In this document: piece by piece, positions 11,266 through 22,181 of the stretch | Numbering within the stretch: the first letter of the stretch is position 1 | Layout: the number at the start of each line of letters is the position of its first letter | NCBI GenBank assembly: GCA_964016885.1 | Contig: OZ024755.1 | Coordinates: forward strand, 42,594,001 to 42,658,000 | Direction of reading: 5' to 3' | Length of the DNA: 64,000 nucleotides | Source: Eledone cirrhosa | Taxonomy: Eukaryota | Notes under the pieces: model-generated | The model's database searches: none | What the model saw: only the letters and a program-made list of their open reading frames with translations | What the model was told of the DNA's origin: nothing | Position numbers and translations under genes: made by a program

Positions 11266-11410
11266 AATATGGTTTTATAGATATGGTTTCCATTTGTTAA
11301 TATATTGTATTTTTACTCCAAAAATTTGTTGAGTGCTTTATATTAGTTATAAAAATATTTGCTTGTTGTATCCCAACAAATTAAATATAACTTTTGCGTA
11401 TATATATATG

Positions 11411-11444
<34 letters not shown>

Positions 11445-11484
11445 GATATATATATTTGTGTGTGTGTGTATGCACAACCTTCCT

Positions 11485-11965
11485 TCCAGGTAGGCGTAAA
11501 AGCCAAACTCGCCGTCTTTACTTCGGTATTCGTGCCAACCTTTACCTATGGTCATGAATCTTGGGTAATGACCGAAAGAATACGATCGTAAATACAAGCG
11601 GCCGAAATGGGGTTCCTCCGAAGAGCCTTTGAAGTAACGTTACTCGATAGAGTGCGTATCTCGGAAATCAGAGTCACTCCAGGTAGAGCCCCTACTTCTG
11701 CGAATTGAGAGATCACAGCTCCGATACTATGGACATGTGGTTAGAATGTCCCAGGAAAGAATCGCTGGACAGATTTTACGAGCAAAACCAACCGGCAAGA
11801 GACCCAGGGATGGACCCCGGGGGAGATGGTTGGATAATATCCATGAAGTTTGCTGGCCTCGCTTGGGGATCCAGGTGGATTAATTGGAGATGGCTACTTC
11901 AGACAGAACCGGCTGGAAGGGGTGTTTTAGGACTCCACGGTCCTCTTAGGAATAAGTGGGCGAAG
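11485..11965 (+). mobile_element. RTE LINE 3' fragment
   Basis: PTFTYGHESWVMTERIRS*IQAAEMGFLRR..QLRYYGHV; same family as 60305-60535. Confidence 0.75.
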
Positions 11966-13476
11966 AAGAATATATATATATATGTATATATACATATATA
12001 TATATAAATATATTTACACACACACACGGAGAAAACATATTCAAATATAATTTTAGTTTAACCTTTCTGGTATTTTTTAAGTTTCTGTTTACCATATTAA
12101 AACAAATTATCTTAATATAAGAAATAATTTTGTAAGCAAAAGCAAATATAAAAAGAACATGATTTCAAGAAGGAAAAGAAAAAATATTTAATCTGTAATA
12201 CAGACAATAAAAGTGAAGGAATAAAGCTAATCTGTATATAATGGTAGAATTAGAAGTTATGTTGGCGTTGTATTCTTTGTAAATGTTCACATGGCTAAAA
12301 TGTAAATAAACAGGAAATATAAAGAGAGGGAGAAAGGGAGGAAGAAACACTAGTGTTGCGAAAAATGATCGTAGAAGGTTTGGCACTTCGAGAACAATGA
12401 AAAAGCTCTCAAGAATTGAGATGGTTTGATAGTAGCCATGATGGTTTTGAAAGAAAATGATGCGTTTTAATGAGAGAAATTGAGTAAAATATGGGGTTTA
12501 AATGTGTGAAGACAACCGGGTAAAGATAGAGAAAAGTTTAGCGGTAGTCGGTGCTCGTTTTCAAGAAAGTGAAAGCAAAGGATTACTTACCACAGTTCCT
12601 GCCGAATCACAACCAAAACTTCCGTTCTTTTCTGACTAACTCCATCAATGTAGTATTGCGCATATAAGGCAGGAAGGAAATGAATCAGAATCTCAAGGAA
12701 AGGGGGGAGAGGTAGAGAGAGAAATAGTATGGTAGAATATTAAGGTAGAGAGAGGGAGACAGGGAGAGTAGACTGTTGGAAGGAACAGAGATGGGGGGGG
12801 GGAGTAGACAGTTGGAACGAACAGAGCGGGGAGAGGGAGAGAAAGTAGTTGGAAGAGTAGGAGTAAGACAAAGAGACGAAGTAAGAAAAGGAAGGAGAGA
12901 AACTGGAGCAGACGAGAACAGGGCACCGCTACCGCCACCACCATCATTAACAGTGTTTTAATTCTCGATTTATTTAATATTTTAGGGAATATGGATCCTT
13001 TTGCATTACATAGAACATTTAAAACTAAATTTCCAAGTCATACTTAATTAATTTCTTTTCCGATATCCATTCCATCACATTATCTAAGACATGGGATTAT
13101 TTCTCAACGCGGATGTATCATCGTTTCCTTTCTGATTTATTTATTAATTGTAATCGCTCGTTTCCTCTTTCTTTCATTCTTCTCTCATTCCGTCCCTTCT
13201 CTGTCGGTCTTTGTTGTTATATACAAACGCGTATATATATATATAATATATATATATATATTATATATATATATATACACGTTTGTATATAACAACAAAG
13301 ATATATATATATATATATATACATCCATCATACACATACATACATATATATACATACATATTTACATATATATATATACATACATACATATATATACATA
13401 ATACATATATATACATACATATATACATACATACATATATATATATATATACATACATATATATACATATATATAT

Positions 13477-13605
13477 ATAATATAAAATCAAAAGATGGTT
13501 AAAAGAGTTCCATGTATTTTATTATGCGCATTTCAAAAACAAATTTTGAAATGCGCATAATAAAATACATGAAACTCTTTTAACCATCTTTTGATTTTAT
13601 ATTAT
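13477..13605. repeat. 129-bp foldback palindrome with hammerhead-like 3' arm
   Basis: 62-bp arms, 5-nt spacer; arm starts TTTT-GAAA-TGCGCA-TA-ATAAAAT; sits in (TA)n. Confidence 0.85.
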
Positions 13606-13733
13606 TTATACTCCAGTCCTATAAACTGTTGAGTGCTACTTATCCGATATTTGCATTGCTTTATTGTGCAATAGGATAAAACTCACCTCCTACATATATA
13701 TGTATGTATATATGTATATATATATATGTATAT

Positions 13734-14340
13734 GTCAGGTCACCAGTTGGTGCTACTGGTAACATGTATCCCAGTACAACCTGTCTCATGGTTGGGACGT
13801 TGGCGACTAAACTGGCAACCCCACCAAGGTTTCTTGGTGAGGAGGGTGACTTTGGACATCCTGCAGGACTAAAAACACAACCTGTCAAAGGGCAAAGGAG
13901 CTCTTAAGAGTCAATGGCCATCCAAAATCACCGGGAGAGATGACCCCTTAGCCTTTGTCAAGGCAGAATTCTAGGAGAAGGAAAACTCTGATATAACACC
14001 TGCAACCCTGATGGTATCCAATGATGTTGACTTGTTCTTCTTTTTGGTAAATATCATCTTGGTTAAGAGAGTGGGACTGGCTTTGTGCAGTGCCTTTGCT
14101 CACTATAAAAGCTTCCCGGCACAGGCATTGCTTTATATCTGGATATCTCTCTGCACTTGTCGTCACATGGTAACATGGACCCAGCACTATGTGTCAATAA
14201 TTGTCACAAGTGTAGTGTTTGTACCAGAGTTTTCAATACGCTGGCTGGACTAAAAAGTCACTCGTTCAGCGCATCGGTAGGGGTTCTCCTACATGGATAT
14301 AAAGTAGCGGCCGTACTCGAAAACGAGTTGGCAGCCACCA
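13734..14340 (+). mobile_element. RTE-derived internally deleted element (5' leader-like part plus C2H2-finger 3' end)
   Basis: [17 protein letters not shown] near 14205-14262; GAAGGAAAACTCTG leader-like motif; flanked by (TA)n. Confidence 0.45.
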
Positions 14341-14424
14341 TATATGTATGTATATATATATATATGTAGGAGGTGAGTTTTATTGTAGTACAATAAAGCA
14401 ATGCAATGTTCTTATATATATATA

Positions 14425-14506
<82 letters not shown>

Positions 14507-14512
<6 letters not shown>

Positions 14513-15482
14513 TGACATCACTGACATCATCAAACACAGCAACATTAGAATTTTCGCTAATGATTCCAAGCTCCAAAAGGTCATCAATGGCGTGGATGAC
14601 CAGATAAGCCTTCAGTCAGACCTACTGGCTGTTACCCAATGGGCGGAAAAGAACAACATGTTACTGAACGAAGACAAATTCGAACTGATCCACTTTGGAA
14701 AAGAGGATTCTCTGAAACTCCCGTACTCCCTTCCCTCCGGTGAAACTCTCGTGGCATCTAACAACACCAGAGACTTGGGAGTAACCGTGGACAACAACAT
14801 AAGCTGGGCCACGCATATAAGCAGCAAAGTTGACATGGCCCGCAGAATGTGTTCCTGGATCCTCAGAATCTTCCAGTCGAGAGATTCCCACACCATTATC
14901 CTTCTCCACTTGAATACTGTTGTCCACTGTGGTCTCCCCACACGAAACAAAGTATCATGAAACTTGAAGCTCCCCAAAGGGCAATCATGAAAAAGATAGA
15001 TGGCATGTCAGACCTTGACTACTGGGGTCGACTAGAAAAGCTGAAACTTTACTCACTCCAACGTCGCCGTGATGTAGAAAATGTTTCATCAGCACTGCCC
15101 AAATGATGTTGGCATCACCTTCAAAATACACCCAAGGCTTGGGCCCCGTGCTATCCGTCCCAAACAAAAATCTAAATCGCAACTCATAACAACAATACGG
15201 CACAATTATTTCACCTCAATTGGCCCTGCTCTCTTCAACATCACACCAGGACACGTCAAAACAGAAACTGACCACACAAAATTCAAGAAGTCTTTGGACA
15301 AATTCCTCCAAGTAATCCCAGACAAACCACCCACACCCGGATATGTCTCCGCAAACAGTAATTCTCTTCTCGAATGGGCCATGGTGCCCAAATCCTGAAT
15401 TGAAAGACTTCGCCAGGTGGTGCTATTAAGTTAGACATGGCCTGGGCCAATACTGGCCAAAACATTTCAAAGTTATTCAAAG

Positions 15483-15485
<3 letters not shown>
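14507..15485 (+). mobile_element. 5'-truncated CR1-group LINE
   Basis: [58 protein letters not shown]; inserted in (TA)n. Confidence 0.85.
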
Positions 15486-15542
<57 letters not shown>

Positions 15543-15544
<2 letters not shown>

Positions 15545-15737
15545 TAAGAATAATTGTTTCTACCTTTGGCACAAGGCCAGCAATTACCCAGTACATTACT
15601 GGTACTTTATTTTATCGACCCCGCAAGGATGAAAGGCAAAGTCAACCTCGGCGGGATTTGAACTCAGATCGTAAAGGGACGTAACTATGCTGGAAAGCAT
15701 GGCGTCCGACCCTCTACCGATACTGCCAATCCACCAA
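15543..15737 (-). mobile_element. tRNA-derived SINE
   Basis: Minus strand TGGCAGTATCGGTAGAG (A box) and GAGTTCAAATCCC (B box); homologous to 61336-61491. Confidence 0.8.
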
Positions 15738-16217
15738 GCAGTCCTTTACAATGAAATAGCTCAAAGAAAGAAGTATTTCTGAGCCGTGTAATACAAGTTA
15801 ATATAAATTAATATATATGATAAAACACAAATACCAACATATAAGTGTTTGTATTGTAAATGACTAAGTTAGCTAGATTGAAAAATACTAATTATAATAA
15901 TACAGCTTGCCTGTCTCAATTTAAAATAATAAATCAATAAAAACAAACGATATTGGCAAATGGCCGTGGTACTTAGACAAATTTAAATTTCAAAATCAAA
16001 CCTGTTCCGTAGATAAGTTTAAACTTCAAAATCCAAATAAGTTTCGAGATGAAAAAGTGAAAAAATACCTCGTTCAGCTCTCCTCAGTAAGTACCCTGAA
16101 CAATTGGTATGTTTCACTTCAAAATATTTAAAAAGACTGTTTAACACACATGGTTTTCCAGTTTCTAGCTAATTTATATTAATTTATATTAACTTGTATA
16201 TATATATATATATATAT

Positions 16218-17180
16218 ACACGGGTGTGTATGATTGTGTATAGAAGATTATATTAATAAAAGGAATTCCAACTTTGTCTGATTTACTCGTTTTATTTACA
16301 ATCCTTTAAAATTATAATGATATTATAATGAAATAGTATGGTAGGATATTAAGGTAGAATGTTAAATGTTAATTGAACAAGTGCTTTCGCAATCTTCAGG
16401 TTCATATTCAGTGGTGACAGTCAAGTTTGCAATTTTCAACTGTAATGAGATGGCTAAAATCTGTGCCTTTTATACAGTAAAAAGGGGCTACAGAATGCTA
16501 AGCCCTGCAAACTGTATTTCGACCAATCAGTGTGTAGTTTCACTAGATTACTAAAGCTGATTGGTTTAGGCGTCACGGTTGGTTGAGCATGTCTAACGAC
16601 TTCTATTTGACCCTATCCAAAGCATCAATTGCTTTGCTATTTTTAGAAATGATGAAAATAGCATTTTCTGGGGTTTTTATAAAAAATCTTCAGTAATCAT
16701 CAACATCAACATCACTTTTATTATTATTATTGTTGTTGTTGTTAGTGGTGTTAGTCGACATGGTCGTAGTCATAGTAGGAGTAATACCCCATTATTATTG
16801 TTCATTTAGCTTGGGTTGGAATTTATCAATAAAATTCTCTTCTTTAATTTTTCTCTTGATTTCACTTGGGCTGTGTAGTTTGTAGAATGGAAATATTATA
16901 AATATTCTCTGACCACATGTTGCTAGATGGTTACTCAGGGGTATCTGATGGACATTTGGGTCTCTGATTTGCTGTCGGTGCACCCGTGCACGTTCCGATA
17001 GTGAATTTCCAGTTTGACCGACATATAGTTCTTCACAATTCGGGCATTTAATGCAGTAAATTAGATTTCTGCTTTTGCAGTTCATATTTGCATTTGGGAA
17101 TATTTTTCCAGTTTTTGTGTTCATATATTGACCGGTGTGTATGGATTGACATGTGCCACATCGACTATCATTGCATTTAG
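16218..17180 (-). mobile_element. Inverted 3' segment (GIY-YIG + pLTR) of the Neptune-like PLE at 19237-21140
   Basis: ORF 16795-17124 near-identical to the end of 19854-20564; 3' UTRs align and end at the same CACCCGT. Confidence 0.9.
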
Positions 17181-17184
17181 ATAC

Positions 17185-17618
17185 ATGCAGTGCATGCGTT
17201 ATAGAATCTTGAGTTGATCAATTGCGTCGGTTGAAGCAAGCAAAATTTTGGCTGCCTGCTAAATCGTAGACACATAAAAAGGCAACACACACACACACAT
17301 ACACACAAACACACGACAGCGTCGGTTGAAGCAAGCAGAATTTTGGCTGCTTGTTAAATCGTAGACACATAAAAAGATAACACACACACGACAGCGTCGG
17401 TTGAAGGAAGCAGAATTTTGGCTGCTTACTAAATCGTAGATACATAAAAACATAACACACACACACGAACACACTAGATAACACTACATGCGGCTTTGAC
17501 CAGGGGTGTCATTTAGAGGGAATGGAGGGGGGGGGGGGGGGGTAAGGCTGCACAGCCCCACTTTCCGCCATGGCGATTGGACTGCATGCCCTGCTTTCCA
17601 GGTTACTCTTCGCCACTG
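17185..17618 (-). mobile_element. Possible non-autonomous DNA transposon fragment with internal tandem repeats
   Basis: Three ~70-90-bp repeats (GCGTCGGTTGAAG..AAATCGTAGA); terminus reads CAGTGGCG on the minus strand. Confidence 0.35.
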
Positions 17619-17642
17619 ATATATATGTATATATATATATAC

Positions 17643-19236
17643 ATACTATGTCGTCAGCAAATTCAGCATCCGATATCTTTTTCGCCTTAAATCTCCTGCT
17701 CTGAGCTGCTGTTACAGTAAAGCCAGAGTCCTGGTGTTTCTCCAGTGCAAGGCGCATACAATAGTCCACTACGATGATAAAAAGGTAGGGAGCTAATGTA
17801 TCTTCCCGGAGCACTCCAGCCAGTATCTCAAAGAACTCTGTCATCCCATCAGGTGTAATGACTTGGGCTTTGGTGTTGGTGTAGAGCAGTGATATCAGGT
17901 CCACTATCTTCTTGGGGATTCCATAAGCCTGTAAGATCTTCATCAGGCAGTGACAGTCCACAAAATCAAAGTTTTGGTGACAAATACAGTGAAGGAGGCA
18001 GAGGATTTGATGCAGGAAGTTGAGACTGTGTCGATGAGTGTGGGGCTGAGAATGAATGAGACTAAGACAAAATATCTGGTAGAGAATGTTGAGAAGCCAG
18101 AGGGGATCACTAATGTAGATGGGAAGCCGCTGGAATTAGTTGAGGACTTCCTGTATTTGGGTGCAAAGATTAGGAATACGGAGGATGATGTGGTCGAGAG
18201 GAAGAGCAAAGCCTGGGCAGCGTGCCACAGTTGAGATCGGTGTCGAAGTCAGACCTTCGTGAAGACCTAAAGATCCGCCTCTTCATTGCTGTAGTGGAGT
18301 CTGTGCTGCTGTACGGGTCTGAGACTTAGACACTGACCAAGAAACTCACTCAGATGGTGGATGGGTGCTACACGAGAATGCTGAGGATGGCTCTGAACAT
18401 TAATCAGTATACACTGAGGTTGAAAAACTCAGAGCTGTATGGGAGCCTCCCAAAAGTCAGCTCAAAAGTGACACAGAGGAGACTGAGGTTAGCTGGACAT
18501 GCTCACCGACATCCAGAGTTGACACTCACTCAGTGCTCCTGTGGGAGCCCCTGCATGGACACACTGGAAGAGGAAGACCGAGGTTAACGTATGTTGATGC
18601 CCTAAGGACAGACACTGGTCTGTTGGAGACGCAGGACATGGCAGCGATAATGAGGGGTAGAGACCGTTGAAGAGAACTCGTCCATGGATCTCGGGAATTT
18701 TACCCGCTCTAGATATAGATATATAGATACATACACACATATATATATATATATACATACATACATATATATATATATTTGGTGACAAATACAGTGAAGA
18801 GGGCAGAGGATTTGATGCAGGAAGTTGAGACTGTGTCGATGAGTGTGGGCCCTGAGAATGAATGAGACTAAGACAAAATGTCTGGTAGAGAATGTTGAGA
18901 AGCCAGAGGGGATTACTAATGTAGGCAGAAAGCCACTAGAATTGGTTGAGGACTTCCTGTATTTGGGAGCAAAGATTAGGAATGCAGAAAATGATGTGGT
19001 TGAGAGGAAGAGCAAAGCCGGGACGGTGTGCCACAGTTTGAGATCGGTGTGGAAGTCGGACCTTTGTAAAGACCTGAAAATCCGCCTCTTCATTGCTGTA
19101 GTGGGGTCTGTGCTGCTGTACGGGTCTGAGACTTGGACACTGACCAAGAAACTCTCTCAGATGGTGGATGGGTGCTACATGACAATGCTGAGGATGGCTC
19201 TGAACATTAATCAATATACACTGAGGTTGAAAAACA
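17643..19236 (+). mobile_element. RTE-X-like LINE pieces: inverted RT segment plus two direct 3' segments
   Basis: 17643-17962(-) ends FADDIV; 17974 and 18779 both restart at LVTNTV; same family as 9473-10650. Confidence 0.8.
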
Positions 19237-21140
19237 CATTACACATGATTTAGGAATAAAGGCGGTTAAATACTGGGTGGAAAAACATAGAGAAGTGATT
19301 CCCATCAGATTCACAGCGCCATTTATATTAGACGCAGTTAAACTTATTCTGGAAAACAACACTTTCTTCTTCAATGGAAAGAATTACATCCAAATTAGGA
19401 GCACAGCGATGGGAACGAAGCTTGCTCCCGTTTACGCGAACTCTGTAATGGGATACTTAGAACAACAACTCTACCAAGAAATAGAGGAAAAATATAGTAC
19501 TGACTTTAGAAAGTACATTGAAAAATCTTGGAAGAGATACCTTGACGACTGTTTCATCATCTGGACAGAATCTCTAGATACTCCTGAATAACCTACACCC
19601 ATCTCTCCAATTCACAAAAGCGATGAGTAGGACCAAATTACCATTCCTAGATATAATGATAATCAAAAACGACACCACCATTACCACGGATATATATTAT
19701 AAACACACAGACACCCATCAATATCTGAATTTTAAGTCGTGCCATCCACCTCATACAAAACGCAACATCCCATACTGCCTAGCCAGAAGAATTTGAACCC
19801 TTGTAGAAGATACAAATACCAGGTACAAACGCCTAACAGAACTAAGAGAATTTTTGCTCAAACAAAAATACCCATCTCTACTTATAGAAAATGGCATACA
19901 GCGGGCTATAAAGATACCTATACAACAACTTAGGACAACCCAAGGAAGAAGAAACCAAGAACTGGTCATACCATTTATAATGACACACAACCCATGTCAC
20001 CAGAATATCTTCAACACTGCCAAAGCAAACCTACCGATCATTGCTCAAAGTAATGAATTAAAAGGCTTAATCACAGATCGATCTTTGACTCTTAGTAAAA
20101 GACAGCCAAAAAATTTGAAGCAATTACTAACAAAAGCAAAGTTTGACCTTAACAACAAAGACCAATCATTCACTGTATCTAAATGCAATGATAGTCGATG
20201 CGGCACATGTCAATCCATACACACCGGTCAATATATGAAAACAAAAACTGGAAAAATATTCCCAAATGCAAATATGAACTGCAAAAGCAGAAATCTAATT
20301 TATTGCATTAAATGCCCGAATTGTGAAGAACTATATGTCGGTCAAACTGGAAATGCACTATCGGAACGTGCACGGGTACACCGTCAACAAATCAGAGACC
20401 CAAATGTCCGTCAGATACCCCTAAGTAACCATCTAGCAACATGTGGTCAGGGAATATTTATAATATTCCCATTCTACAAATTACACAGCCCAAGTGAAAT
20501 CAAGAGAAAAATCAAAGAAAAGAATTTTATTGATAAATCCAAACCCAAGCTAAATGAACAATAATAACGCTTAGGGGTATTACTTCTACTACCACTATGA
20601 CTACGACCACTAACAACAACAACAACAACAATAATAATAATAATAATAAAAGTGATGTTGATGGTGATGATTAATAGAAAATGCTATTTTCATCATTTCT
20701 AAAAATAGCAAAGCAATTGATGCTTTGGATATGATTAATTATTGGTCGTTAGACATGCTCAACCAGCCGTGACGCTTAAACCAATCAGCTTTAGTAATTC
20801 AGTGAAACTACACACTGATTGGTCGAAATACAGTTTGCAGGGCTTAGCATTCTGGAGCCACTTTTCCCTGTATAAAATGTATAAAAGGTAGGAAATTTAC
20901 CCATCTTATTACAGTTGAAAATTGCAAACTTGACTGTCACCACATATTATGAACCTGAAGATTGCGAAAGCATGAAAGTACTTGTTCAATTAACACTTAG
21001 AATTTAATATTCTATCATACTATTTCATTATATTACCATTATAAATTTTAAAGGATTGTAAATAAAACGAGTAAATCAGACAAAGTTGGAATTCCTCTTA
21101 TTAATATAATCTTCTATACACAATCATACACACCCGTATA
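19237..21140 (+). mobile_element. 5'-truncated Neptune-like Penelope element
   Basis: AMGTKLAP, KRYLDDCF, LPFLD, CNDSRCGTC linker, NLIYCIKC..LYVGQT GIY-YIG; frameshifts and stops; HHR in 3' UTR. Confidence 0.9.
20950..20988 (+). ncRNA. Minimal type-I hammerhead ribozyme
   Basis: tgaac-CTGAAGA-ttgc(gaaa)gcat-GAAA-gtac-TT-gttca; palindromic AGTACT stem III; U-U at base of stem II. Confidence 0.8.
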
Positions 21141-21145
21141 TTTAC

Positions 21146-21941
<796 letters not shown>

Positions 21942-22015
21942 CCCCCTCTACTACCCTAAGTATTGAGTACTTTGGTGCGTTATGGTCCACCTGGCTCCTT
22001 ACCACATTTCCTTCG

Positions 22016-22083
<68 letters not shown>

Positions 22084-22181
22084 GTATATATATATGTATA
22101 TATGTGTATATATATGTATATGTATATATATGTATATTTATATATATGTATATATGTGTATATATATATATGTATACAATA

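Noticed and set aside
9020-14587. Numerous YIYI/CVCV ORFs
   Set aside because: Microsatellite translations.
16655-16698. CTGAAGA..GAAA on the minus strand
   Set aside because: No stem I pairing; segment absent in the sister copy.
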